DNA of 64,000 nucleotides from assembly GCA_963666315.2 (NCBI GenBank), contig CAXXHG010000043.1, positions 128,001 through 192,000 on the forward strand. Reading direction: 5' to 3'. A program made the position numbers and the translations under genes. This document shows positions 1 to 9,796 of the stretch, in pieces; positions within the stretch are counted from its first letter, which is position 1; each line of letters opens with the position of its first letter. The stretch is from Candidatus Binatia bacterium. Lineage in GTDB: Bacteria; Desulfobacterota; Binatia; Bin18. The notes under the pieces are model-generated. The model worked only from the letters and a program-made list of their open reading frames with translations, searched no databases and was not told the DNA's origin.

Positions 1-131
1 CCACTCGTCGAAGTTTTCGCATATTTGCCTCCTTGTCCAAAGCGAACTGCCGCCTCAGCGTCCGGTACGTAATCCGCACGTCGCTCTTCAGTAAGGCACG
101 GGTTTGCCTGATAACCTCAAAGAAAATCCAT
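1..131 (-). pseudogene. N-terminal stub (copy A) of cyclase-AAA-TPR family gene, frameshifted, runs off the window edge
   Basis: Reverse strand from ATG at 131 reads MDF/(frameshift)FEVIRQTRALLKSDVRITYRTLRRQFALDKEA, matching the N-termini at 3210 and 57091. Confidence 0.75.
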
Positions 132-153
132 ATCCGTCTGCCAGTCGCGATGG

Positions 154-183
154 ATTGTACAAGAGTGAAGCAACCGGGGATAG
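154..183 (-). promoter_or_regulatory. Putative promoter of cyclase copy A (CTATCC-N18-TACAAT)
   Basis: Same hexamers and spacing as upstream of copies at 3210 and 57091; -10-like box 22 nt from ATG. Confidence 0.55.
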
Positions 184-284
184 AATCGTCCCTAGCGCGT
201 CTTTACTCCGGGGCCCGATCCGGCATAAGTTGACACAGACCGGTTCCCGCTCCCGCTATGCTCACCCCAAAGGAGATAACAATC

Positions 285-575
285 ATGCCACTGTATTTAG
301 ATGAAATCTATCTCAACGCCAGCAGCCCCGAAGCCGCGAAAAAAAGCGTCGGTCTCATCCAACAAGTCCTCAAGGACGGGTTTCCGCCCGGAGTGACCCT
401 CAAGGCTGGGCCATGGGGATCGAATGAAGAGGCCAAAGTGGTGCTCATCCTCGATATCCAGGACCACTCGTTGACCTTTGACGGCTTTGCCAAAGCGGTC
501 AGTGCCGGTCTTATTACGAAACGGCGTCTGACACCTTTGGTAGAATGGAGCGCTGTGGAGAAAGCCATGAGTTGA
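285..575 (+). CDS. Small hypothetical protein, DUF3303-like
   Basis: AGGAG RBS then ATG at 285; FPPGVTLKAGPW...VVLILD...LTPLVEW resembles DUF3303 proteins. Confidence 0.6.
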   Translation: MPLYLDEIYLNASSPEAAKKSVGLIQQVLKDGFPPGVTLKAGPWGSNEEAKVVLILDIQDHSLTFDGFAKAVSAGLITKRRLTPLVEWSAVEKAMS

Positions 576-722
576 TATCCGCACGCTACCGACTGCGTCA
601 CATCCCAACTGGCGGTGAGCCGGAACCGACTGAAGGGTAGGGGACCCGTCTCAAGCACGCGGAGCTCTCGTCTCGCACTATAACTGCTCCGATATTCCCA
701 CAGACATTTCCGCAAGCACCCG

Positions 723-811
723 AAGCGCAAATTCCCGCTTGAGCACTCGGTACGTTATCCGGCCCGTCGCTGCAGGGCGCGAGATTGTTCGTTAATGTCG
801 GTGAAATTCAC
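723..811 (-). pseudogene. N-terminal stub (copy B) of cyclase-AAA-TPR family gene
   Basis: GAGGGGAG RBS-like sequence, GTG at 811: VNFTDINEQSRALQ/(frameshift)GRITYRVLKREFAL. Confidence 0.7.
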
Positions 812-931
812 CCGCTCGTCTCCCCTCATAGACCAACTCCACCGATAAGAGCAGGCAAGCAGGCGGCGGACAATGTGTGTCGGAGCAGGGCTGTCCTTGC
901 CCTACGCCTCCATGCGAAAGCAGGCCGGCTC

Positions 932-2277
932 CTACTCTGGAGCAGGCTGATCCTGCACAGGAAGCGGAGCAAGTTCCGCAGTATCGAGCACCACAGGCTT
1001 GCTGGCATCAATCCGGAGCCACACCAGCGCGCCCACAAGAGTAAGGAACACCATCACATAAATGGCGACCTCCCAGCCAAACCGATTCGCCAAGATCGGG
1101 GTGAGGGTCGGTGCGAGTACCCCACCCAAGATAGTCATGATGTTGGCGAACCCATAGGTCACCCCAGTGTACGGGCCACCAATATCTATGATCGTGGCAA
1201 ACGCGGACGCAGCGGACATATATAAAAAGCCATCCCCCAAAGACAGTAATACGATGGCCACATACGGGTCCGCCGCAGTTGCCCCAATGCCGGCACACAC
1301 CGCGCTCAGGACCAGGCCGACAATCGCCCCGGCGCGGCGGCCGTGCTTGCGCCCATATCGCCGGACCAGTGCGTCAGACCAGATCCCGCCTAAGGGACCG
1401 AGCAGCGCCACGGCTATGAAGGGGCCGGTGGCAAACATGCCCCCCCGAGTTCGCTGAATCCGCGCTCATTCACCAGGTATAGATAGAACCAGGCTTGATA
1501 CAGAAAGACTCCATAGCCCATGCAGAAGCCCGCGCTCCCGAGCAACCACACATTGGTATTGGTCAGCAAACGACGCCAGGGGATAATCGCGTCGGCGGCA
1601 CTCGTCAGGCGAGGATTATCGCCACGAATGTGCTGCAATTCCTGTGGGCTAATCTGAGGGTGTGTCTCAGGCTCATCAGTCACGTAGGTGTACCACCGAA
1701 TGGCGAGCCCGATCCCGATGAACGCAAACATGTAAAACGACACGCGCCAGCCGTACTGCACCATGAGGAAGGCTACGATAGGCGGCGTGATTGCATAGCC
1801 GATACCCATACCACTCAGGACGAGCCCGCCAGACGAGGCCCGCTCATCCGGGGCCATCCAACAGGCCAGCAGCCGGGTTGACCCGGGATAACATGCCCCT
1901 TCGGCCAAGCCAATGAAAAAGCGCACGACGAGAAAGGCCGCAAACGGTCCCAATAGCGAGAGGCCCGGCACCTGCGGGGCAACGGCGGTGAGCGCGGTAA
2001 ACACGGACCACCACACGAGTGCGGCACCCAGCAGCTTGCGCGGCCCCAGCACATCGGCCAACACGCCCCCGGGCAGATGAAAGGCCGCATAGCCCAAGAG
2101 GTAGACTGAGTAGAGGACGCCGATCTGCACCTCGGTCGGTCCATACTCTGGCATGATTTGCTTGGCGGCCACCGAGAAGTTCACCGCGTCCATACTGCGC
2201 ACCACGCTGATCAGCACCAGCAGCCAGACGAGCCTCCAGCGGATCGAAGACACGCCGGTCATGGGTGGTGCCCCCAA
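932..2277 (-). pseudogene. MFS transporter (anion:cation symporter-like), frameshifted
   Basis: ORFs 1414-2277 and 932-1438 form the two parts of one MFS (GVLADVLGPRK, GIWSDALVRRYG); break at a G7 run (C at 1440-1446 on +). Confidence 0.85.
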
Positions 2278-2329
2278 CTGCCGTCCTTCTCCACGGCCAG
2301 CTCACGGGCGTCGGGGAGCGCTGCTCGGC

Positions 2330-2444
2330 GCGTATCGCAGCCCTGATCATTCCTGGCGCATGCACGCGGAAGAGTCCTATACCTGATACGACCGGATTCT
2401 CGGAGGAGCGGGCGCGCTGCTTTAACGACTTCGGAGAATCTCAC
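2330..2444 (-). pseudogene. N-terminal stub (copy D) of cyclase-AAA-TPR family gene
   Basis: VRFSEVVKAARPLLRESGRIRYRTL...; GTG start overlaps the stop of copy C (GTGA at 2441-2444); lower boundary approximate. Confidence 0.7.
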
Positions 2445-3210
2445 ACAGCCTCCGACAGTTCGTCCAGAACCGCCTTGGCGTCTTTCAAATCTGCCGTGTC
2501 AAAGCCTTCAGTGAACCAGTTGAAGACCGGAGCGAGAAGGTCACAGGCTTCAGCCGTTTTTTCCTGCCGCTGCCACAGGCAAGCGAGGCTCGTGGCGGCA
2601 CGGAGCTCTAGGGACTTGGCTTGTTGATTTTGAGCAATTTCGATGGCCTGTTGAAAACATTCTTCTGCTTCCTCTTCGATCCGTGACCTGTCGCTTTCTA
2701 CTTGCGACTTTTTAAGCGTCAGCTCCCCTTTGAGCCGATACAACTCCGCCTCATAGAAACGCGCCGGTTCGATGGTGGCGCGAGCGTCTTCGGGATCGAG
2801 TCCTTCGATCAGCGCCGTCGAGCCCTTGAGGTCAGCAAACAGGGCGGTTATCGTTTTGCGCTCGCGTCACTCGCCCCTCGGGATTCCATAGCTTGCTGTT
2901 CGGCCCGGATACGCGCGGCTAGGCGTTGGGGCGTGTAGCTGGCTAGGGTCTGGGGAATAGGGGTTGGGGGTCGGACTCGGGATGCAGCTTCTCCGTTTCC
3001 CCGATTCTCGGTTTCGTTTCCCTCTCCTATCCAGACAAGAATCTTATCGTCTTCGTCCGAGGCCACTCGCTCGGAATCAACCAACTCGACCTTGATGTCC
3101 TCAAGATATTCATAATCCAGATCAAACTGACGTTTCAAAGCTCTATGAGAAATCCGGCCTTTACTCCGCAACAGCGCACGCGCTTGGTCGAGGACATCGA
3201 TAAACGTCAT
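2441..3210 (-). pseudogene. Cyclase-AAA-TPR gene (copy C) with frameshift and large internal deletion
   Basis: N-module MTFIDVLDQARALL..., frameshift near 2864, then TITALFADLKGSTALIEGLDPEDARATIEPA fused in frame to the C-terminal RFYEAELYRLKGEL...WFTEGFDTADLKDAKAVLDEL. Confidence 0.9.
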
Positions 3211-3232
3211 GTTCTCCCCACTTGGAGAGGCG

Positions 3233-3262
3233 ATTATAGGAGAGAAAAGCCGGGCAGGATAG
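3233..3262 (-). promoter_or_regulatory. Putative promoter of cyclase copy C (CTATCC-N18-TATAAT)
   Basis: Consensus TATAAT 22 nt upstream of ATG 3210; upstream hexamer identical to copy A. Confidence 0.6.
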
Positions 3263-3282
3263 CTTTATGCCTTCGGGCCGGT

Positions 3283-4260
3283 CTACGGTACCAAAACAAC
3301 CTTACCGTAGGCTTTGCCCTCTCCACTCACTGCCCGGTGAGCTTGGGCCGCTTCAGCGAGCGAGAATTCTTGCCCAATGACGGGCTGGAGGGTGCCATTG
3401 GCGAGCCCAGCCACAAGCGAGGCGTGGATGCGGACAAGGTCTTGTGGCGTCGCGTTGCGTAAAGTCATGCCGATAATCGATGCGTCACGCATCATGGCCG
3501 CACGTGGGTTAATCTTAACTGTACCTTGGTTCTTCTCCCCCCGATTGCCAATCACGATAACACGTCCCCGCATTGCAAGCAGATCAATATCTTTGCCAAG
3601 ATTGACGTTCGCCAGCATCTCTAAAATAACATCCACTCCGTGCTCGCCGGCCAGCGTCTTGGCCTCTTCTAAATAGGACGGCGCGCTGTGGTCAAGGACG
3701 TGCTGCGCACCCTGTTCAGCTACCAACTGACGCCCGCGTTCGGTACTCGCCGATCCAATTACCGTCATGCCAGCCGCCCGAGCAAGCTGGACACCGGCAA
3801 TGCCAACTCCACCGCTCGCCCCATGTACAAAAAGCGTTTCACCAGGCGCAGCATGTCCGCAGTGGAAGAGCGCTTGGTAGGCGGTCGCATAAGGGACAAA
3901 AATCGCGGCCCCTTGGGCAAACGCTGCAGACTCAGCTAGCGAGTGGACCTGATTTTCCGTACACAGAGCCTGTTCCGCATACGATCCGCTGAGTGACCCA
4001 GCGATATAGACACGATCTCCTACAGTAACACGGCTCACACCTTCGCCCACAGCCTCGATCACACCGGCTCCATCTGAGCCAGGGGTGTATGGCGTAGGCG
4101 GCTTGGGATAAATGCCGGAGCGAATATACGTCTCAACTGGATTGACTCCAGCCGCATGCATGCGTACGACGACCTGGCTAGGTCCGGGGGTGAGATCCGC
4201 GACCTCGTCTAGTTGCATCACCTCTGGATCACCAAACTCATGGACACGAATGGCTTTCAT
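3283..4260 (-). CDS. NADPH:quinone reductase (zeta-crystallin-like MDR)
   Basis: AAGVNPVE, YTPGSDGAG, HGASGGVG, GKVVL motifs. Confidence 0.92.
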   Translation of the reverse strand: MKAIRVHEFGDPEVMQLDEVADLTPGPSQVVVRMHAAGVNPVETYIRSGIYPKPPTPYTPGSDGAGVIEAVGEGVSRVTVGDRVYIAGSLSGSYAEQALCTENQVHSLAESAAFAQGAAIFVPYATAYQALFHCGHAAPGETLFVHGASGGVGIAGVQLARAAGMTVIGSASTERGRQLVAEQGAQHVLDHSAPSYLEEAKTLAGEHGVDVILEMLANVNLGKDIDLLAMRGRVIVIGNRGEKNQGTVKINPRAAMMRDASIIGMTLRNATPQDLVRIHASLVAGLANGTLQPVIGQEFSLAEAAQAHRAVSGEGKAYGKVVLVP

Positions 4261-4281
4261 GGCTGTTCCTCGTCGTTCTGG

Positions 4282-5724
4282 CTACGATGCTGATTGCGCC
4301 TCGCCCGCATCTCTTGTCTCAAGCGCGGTCAACATTTCTTTGATCGTTGTCATTTTTTTACGCGGCTTGCCGATCTTTTTGCCTGTCTCGACTTCAATCT
4401 GATCAAGGTATTGCCAATCAGGAAAGGATACGGACCGCACGCCCTTCCGCGTGAGAAGAGCGAGGATAGCCTGCTCGTCGGCCGGTACAGCTTGGACGTC
4501 GGGCGGGGCCTGTCCGCTCCGAAAGTCCTCCAACATGAGCTGGACCGTCTCCACTGCATCGGCTTTATTTGTCCCTATTACGCCGGAAGGGCCACGCTTA
4601 ATCCAGCCAGTAACATACAGCCGCTCAATCGGCGCCTTGGTTTCTGGATCAATGACCCGCCCCGTATCATTCGGAATAATTCCGCCGCGTTCATCAAACG
4701 GAACATCTTTGAGGGGATGGCCTTTATAACCAATAGACCGAAAAACCATTTGGATGTTGGGTAACTCTTCGTATTCGCCAGTGCCACGCGCACGCAGCGT
4801 TCCCGCATCATCCTTCATCAAACGGTTCTTTTCGAGCTTCATTCCCTCGACGTGGTCGGTCCCATACAGTTCAACTGGAGAGACAAAAAAGCGGGCACGA
4901 ATCTTCCTCTGCGCAGAGCCCTCACCCTTAGGGATTTGGGCAATCAGAATATCCATATTGCGCTGATGGACCGGCTCTGTGGCCTGTTCCATAAATTCTT
5001 TATTCGCCTCGTCAAGTTCGAGATCTTTCGGCTCGACAACCAAGTCAGTAATAGGCATCTCGGAAAGTTCTCGAATTTCGGGATTGGTAAACGCCGCCTG
5101 GGCAGGACCGCGCCGCCCGAGCAGATAAATTTCTTTGACTGCACTTTTCTTGAGCGCCTCAAGCGCATAGTCTGCAATGTCTGTTATTGACAGCTCCTCA
5201 ATGGAACGCGCCAGGATACGTGTGACGTCCATGGCCACATTGCCATTGCCAACCACCGCCACACGCTCGACGTTGCTGAGGTCGAACTGGAGGTCACGAT
5301 AGTCCGGGTGTCCGTTGTACCAGCCGACAAAGATGGTTGCCGGATCACTGCCGGGCAGGTCTTCGCCTGGAATACCGAGCTGGCGATCAGATTCGGCTCC
5401 CGTTGCAAAAAGAACCTGGTGATAGTGCGCTAAGACATCGGCCAGCAGCAGATCCTCGCCAAAGGTCACATTGCCAAAAAACCGAAAGCCAGGCCGGTTT
5501 GCGATTTTCTCGTATTGTAGAATGACGGCTTTGATCTTTTGATGATCCGGTGCAACCCCACCGCGCACGAGCCCATACGGGGTGGGCAGCCGGTCAAACA
5601 AGTCCACGGTAATGGTGATATCTTTTTGCCGCAGCAATTCGCCTACGGCGTAGAATCCTGCCGGTCCGGAGCCAAAGACGGCCACGCGGAGCGGGTTAGT
5701 AGCGCTTCCAATCTGTTCTGCCAT
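4282..5724 (-). CDS. Ferredoxin-NADP+ reductase, adrenodoxin reductase/FprA type
   Basis: GSGPAGFYA, GLVRGGVAPDH, FVGWYNGHP, GNGNVAMD, GWIKRGPSGVIG; likely start MAEQIG at 5724. Confidence 0.92.
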   Translation of the reverse strand: MAEQIGSATNPLRVAVFGSGPAGFYAVGELLRQKDITITVDLFDRLPTPYGLVRGGVAPDHQKIKAVILQYEKIANRPGFRFFGNVTFGEDLLLADVLAHYHQVLFATGAESDRQLGIPGEDLPGSDPATIFVGWYNGHPDYRDLQFDLSNVERVAVVGNGNVAMDVTRILARSIEELSITDIADYALEALKKSAVKEIYLLGRRGPAQAAFTNPEIRELSEMPITDLVVEPKDLELDEANKEFMEQATEPVHQRNMDILIAQIPKGEGSAQRKIRARFFVSPVELYGTDHVEGMKLEKNRLMKDDAGTLRARGTGEYEELPNIQMVFRSIGYKGHPLKDVPFDERGGIIPNDTGRVIDPETKAPIERLYVTGWIKRGPSGVIGTNKADAVETVQLMLEDFRSGQAPPDVQAVPADEQAILALLTRKGVRSVSFPDWQYLDQIEVETGKKIGKPRKKMTTIKEMLTALETRDAGEAQSAS

Positions 5725-5919
5725 GTAGCCCCTTTTCCCAGAAGACCTGTGAGCTTTCTCGTGAGCATGCTCTTCTTGCGGAATTTGTACGCTATACATA
5801 GATCGATTTCAGTCGTCAACGTCAACTGGGAGAATAGGAAAGATTCCTTGCTTTAAGAACTAGAGAATGGCAAGTCATGAAGTGCCGTATAGTGAACGCG
5901 TGGAAAAGGAGAGTAGTCT

Positions 5920-6945
5920 ATGAGTGAGAACGGGAACCCCAAAATTCGCTTTGGCATGTGGTACGACTTTCGCAACCCGCCAGCCTGGAAACGTCCATAT
6001 GACCAACTCTATAACGAAATTATCGATCAGATCGTGTGGGGGGAAGAGAACGGCTTTGATAATATTTGGCTGTCTGAGCACCATTTTATTGAAGACGGCT
6101 ATTCGCCTGCGCTGATGCCGATTGCAGCCGCAATCGCCTCTCGGACTAAGAAAATCCACATTGGTACTAGCGTTATGCTCATGCCTTTCCATAATCCGGT
6201 TCGGCTTGCTGAAGATGCCGCGACCGTGGACGTGATCTCAAGTGGACGGTTCGAGTTGGGCGTCGGCGTTGGGTACAAGGTTGAAGAATTCGAGAGCTTT
6301 GGTGTGTCGAGCAAGGAGCGCGGAGCACGCACGAATGAGGGCCTCGAAATCATCCGTCGCCTATGGGAGGGCGAAACGCTCACGTTTGAAGGCAAATATT
6401 ATACGGTGACCAAGGCCAAGCTAACCCCAGAGCCAATTCAGCAACCACGGCCACCCATTTGGGTAGGAGGCTTTACTCCGCCAGCCCTCAGGCGGGCGGC
6501 GAAATATGGTGATGGCTATATCGGCGTCGGACCGCTCAAAGAAGCATATGAGCGCTATGTCACTGCGCTTGAAAAGATCGGCAAACCAACAACGGATATT
6601 CGCCTCGCCGGTGGCTATTTTTGGCTGATTCCGTCTGAAGATCCCGAAAAGACTTGGAACGAAGCAGCCGAACACGTGCGTTACCAGATCAACGCCTACG
6701 CGAAGTGGTCGGAGATGGCCGGCATGCCACTGTTTCCCCATATGCCGGATCTGACAGCGTTACGGGAATCTGGTATGTTCCAAGTGGTCGACGTGGACAC
6801 CTGTATTCAGATGATCCGCGACTATGCTTTAGAGACTCCATTAACGCATTATTATTCTTGGACACTTCCTCCAGGACTACCGGCAAGCTGGATTCAGCCG
6901 CACTTGGAGCTCTTTGCGAGTAAGGTTATTCCAGCGTTTCGGTAA
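5920..6945 (+). CDS. LLM-class flavin-dependent oxidoreductase
   Basis: WLSEHHF, RLAEDAATVDVISSGR, PPIWVGG luciferase-like motifs. Confidence 0.92.
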   Translation: MSENGNPKIRFGMWYDFRNPPAWKRPYDQLYNEIIDQIVWGEENGFDNIWLSEHHFIEDGYSPALMPIAAAIASRTKKIHIGTSVMLMPFHNPVRLAEDAATVDVISSGRFELGVGVGYKVEEFESFGVSSKERGARTNEGLEIIRRLWEGETLTFEGKYYTVTKAKLTPEPIQQPRPPIWVGGFTPPALRRAAKYGDGYIGVGPLKEAYERYVTALEKIGKPTTDIRLAGGYFWLIPSEDPEKTWNEAAEHVRYQINAYAKWSEMAGMPLFPHMPDLTALRESGMFQVVDVDTCIQMIRDYALETPLTHYYSWTLPPGLPASWIQPHLELFASKVIPAFR

Positions 6946-6978
6946 TTTGATCATGATCTGGGTAGACAGGAAACAGAT

Positions 6979-7848
6979 ATGGACTTGCAGACACCCGGCG
7001 TTTTTACCTTTCTCGATGGCCTCAGCGGTGCGCAGACGGGCCAGTTTGCCCGCAAAGTCGAACAACTCGGCTATAGCGCTCTGTGGTTTCCCGAAGTCCT
7101 TGGGCGCGAGCCCTTTTCATTTGCGTCCTATCTGTTAGGCCAAACGGAACGGCTAGTAATTGCCACTGGCATTGTCGTGCCGTATGCCTACGAACCCATC
7201 GTTATTGCCAATGCCACACGCACGCTGGCAGAACTCTTTGGTGACCGTTTTCTTCTTGGTCTGGGTGTGAGCAATGCGCAGGCCAATGCCAGACGCGGCA
7301 TCCCATACGGCAAGCCGCTCAGTTTTACGCGTGAGTATCTCGCCAAGATGAAAGCGGCCCCATATAATGCTCCGTCTTCGCAAAACGATCCGCCCGTCGT
7401 ACTGGCCGGCATGATGCCGAAGATGCTTGAGCTTGCAGCAACACAGACCAACGGAACACATACCTATTTCAGTGTAGTTGAACAGATTGCAGCGACCCGC
7501 AAGGCCCTCGGACCTGAGCCATGGCTGTGTGCTGAGATCGGCGTGATGCTGGAATCAGACGCAGACAAGGCCCGCTCGGCCGCGCGCAGTTATATGCGGA
7601 TTTATCTCCAAGTTGACCATTATGTGCAGCGGCTCAAAGAAGTGGGCTTTGCGGCTGCTGACTTTGCTAATGGAGGCAGTGATCGGCTTGTGGATGCGGT
7701 CATTGCCTGGGGAGATGTGGCCAAGATTCGAGAGTCTATTGCGGCGTATTATGAGGCCGGTGCGTCACACGTATGCCTCATGCCACTAAGTTCTGGAGGT
7801 GGCATGAACCCGGACGAGCGAGCAATCGAAGTGCTGGCACCAAATTGA
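6979..7848 (+). CDS. LLM-class putative F420-dependent oxidoreductase (TIGR03620-like)
   Basis: ALWFPEVLGREPF, GDRFLLGLGVS, GGSDRLVDAVIAWG. Confidence 0.85.
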   Translation: MDLQTPGVFTFLDGLSGAQTGQFARKVEQLGYSALWFPEVLGREPFSFASYLLGQTERLVIATGIVVPYAYEPIVIANATRTLAELFGDRFLLGLGVSNAQANARRGIPYGKPLSFTREYLAKMKAAPYNAPSSQNDPPVVLAGMMPKMLELAATQTNGTHTYFSVVEQIAATRKALGPEPWLCAEIGVMLESDADKARSAARSYMRIYLQVDHYVQRLKEVGFAAADFANGGSDRLVDAVIAWGDVAKIRESIAAYYEAGASHVCLMPLSSGGGMNPDERAIEVLAPN

Positions 7849-8294
7849 TCAGGTTGATTTGTTGGTTGCTTAGTTCTTAACTCAACCCACTCGCTGTCGT
7901 GAAACCACGTCACTGCTTCATCTTCTGAATGAAAGAAGCGCGTTCTAAAAGTCCGTGGCTGGTCCGGATTGGCGCCAGCATCCTGAGCAGGAGAAAGCTG
8001 CGCATTCGGTCCGATGATATACCCCATCTTTTGAATGCCGACGGCATTATAGCGCGGGATAATTGCGCTATCTCGCCGCTGACCGATTTCTTCCGAGAGT
8101 GCAGGTTTAAAGCGCTGGACATCCACGAGCAAACAACGGGCGCTGTGTTGCTCAGCATGGCTAGCAAATCGGCTGAGAGCGTCTTTAAAATCAGCGTCCG
8201 TCATGTGCGCAGTCTTCTCAGTCCAGTCTATTTTCACGCTGGATACAGCTTCATCGTAGGAAATCTTCCACAGGTAATTTTGGTGCAGCTGCAT
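7749..8294 (-). CDS. STAS/SEC14-like hypothetical protein; C-terminus overlaps the convergent gene
   Basis: AAGGAGGA RBS before ATG at 8294; LLVDVQRF...IIPRYNAVGIQKMGYI...RFFHSEDEAVTWF pattern. Confidence 0.6.
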   Translation of the reverse strand: MQLHQNYLWKISYDEAVSSVKIDWTEKTAHMTDADFKDALSRFASHAEQHSARCLLVDVQRFKPALSEEIGQRRDSAIIPRYNAVGIQKMGYIIGPNAQLSPAQDAGANPDQPRTFRTRFFHSEDEAVTWFHDSEWVELRTKQPTNQPDQFGASTSIARSSGFMPPPELSGMRHTCDAPAS

Positions 8295-8388
8295 GAGGTC
8301 GTCCTCCTTTCTACATCGGAACACAGATCCCAGAGAGAAATCGGTAGTTGAGATGACTGGGCAGGCCTGGGAGCCTCCGCTTAGCCCT

Positions 8389-8702
8389 CTATCGACGAAG
8401 CGACGAAGCAAGCCGCGACAGCTTAGTAACGGTCAGACCATTCTCACTCCGCTCCTTGGTGCCCGCACTGAAAGGGCCAAAAAGCGGCAGGGCCTGCAGT
8501 CGGGAGCCAACCTCGCCGTTGGCCATCTGAATATGAAGCACGAAAGAAGCCCCATCTTCGGCTTTGTAAACGGAGTATTCGACCTCAGGATCATTCAAGG
8601 CCGGAATCGATCCGACCCATTCGCAGATAGCAGACTCCCGTTCCGCGACTTTATCCCCTTGATCGTGTATCGGACCAAAACAGTTGATGCTGGATTTTGC
8701 AT
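8389..8702 (-). pseudogene. Small ABM-like/hypothetical protein, frameshifted
   Basis: AAAGGAG RBS, ATG at 8702 MQNPASTVLVRYTIKG; after a shift in a G run it continues DKVAERESAI...NDPEVEYSVYKAEDGASFVLH. Confidence 0.55.
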
Positions 8703-8898
8703 AGAAGTCTCCTTTCTTTGTTTATGTTTGTATCAATCGTTGCCTCCTCCCTACTTGATAATACGAATATGGATAGAGAAAGGATACGTCTTTAGAAAAA
8801 TTTTCTTCTTCCCCTTCGACGTAGCCCTCGCTCGCCTTCTCAAATTCTCCGTTTGGTAGTATGTCTCTTCTTCATCAAGTGCAAAAAGGAGGGGCCTC

Positions 8899-9774
8899 AT
8901 GAAATTAGGGATTTTTGGTATCAATATGGGACCGTGCAGTACGCCGGAGGCTTCGGCGCGGGTGGCGCAGACGGCGGAAGCGGCGGGGTTTGAATCAGTC
9001 TGGGCAGGCGAGCACGTTGTGCTACCGGACCCGCAAGAGCCGCCTTCACCTCTGCCGCCGACCTACCCGATGCTCGACCCAAATATCGCTTTTGCCTTTT
9101 TGGCTGGTCAGACAAAAACCATTCGGATGGGAACCGGCATTATTATTCTTCCCCAGCGCAATCCGCTTGTACTGGCCAAAGAAATGGCCAGCCTCGACGT
9201 ACTGTCAGGCGGACGGCTCATCTTTGGCGTGGGCATTGGCTATCTCAAGCCGGAATTTGGTGCTTTGGGTATACCGTTTGCTCAAAAAGGGCCGCGTACG
9301 CTCGATTACGTCGAGGCCATGCGCGCCATTTGGAGCCAGGACGATCCAGCGCATCAGGGCCAGTTTGTGTCCTTTAGTGGCATAAAGGCCTTTCCCAAGC
9401 CCGTTCAGCAGTCAGGTCCGCCGGTTGTCTTCGGCGGTATGACGCCTCAGGCATTCCAGCGCTCTGTCACGCATGGGAACGGTTGGTACGGATTTGCGCT
9501 TGATGCGGACGGAACCAGGAAATGCCTCGACGGCCTCAAGGCCGCACAAGAGGAAAACAAACGGCCGAGCGAACTCGGCAAGTTGGAAATCAGTGTGACT
9601 CCGCTAGGGCGGGTAGATCTCGATATGGCCAGACGTTTCGCCGACCTTGGCGTGGATCGTTTGGTTTCGCTCTTTCCGCCCAAAGGGAAAGAACTCTTCT
9701 CGCTCAACTCCTCAGAGACAGAAATTACCGATTACATCAAAGAGGTGGGAGAAACGGTGGTCGGCAAGGTGTGA
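8899..9774 (+). CDS. LLM-class putative F420-dependent oxidoreductase (Rv2161c/TIGR03619-like)
   Basis: GFESVWAGEHVVLP, PQRNPLVLAKEMASLDVLSGGRL. Confidence 0.9.
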   Translation: MKLGIFGINMGPCSTPEASARVAQTAEAAGFESVWAGEHVVLPDPQEPPSPLPPTYPMLDPNIAFAFLAGQTKTIRMGTGIIILPQRNPLVLAKEMASLDVLSGGRLIFGVGIGYLKPEFGALGIPFAQKGPRTLDYVEAMRAIWSQDDPAHQGQFVSFSGIKAFPKPVQQSGPPVVFGGMTPQAFQRSVTHGNGWYGFALDADGTRKCLDGLKAAQEENKRPSELGKLEISVTPLGRVDLDMARRFADLGVDRLVSLFPPKGKELFSLNSSETEITDYIKEVGETVVGKV

Positions 9775-9796
9775 TTAGGTAAAAATGATTACGCCT

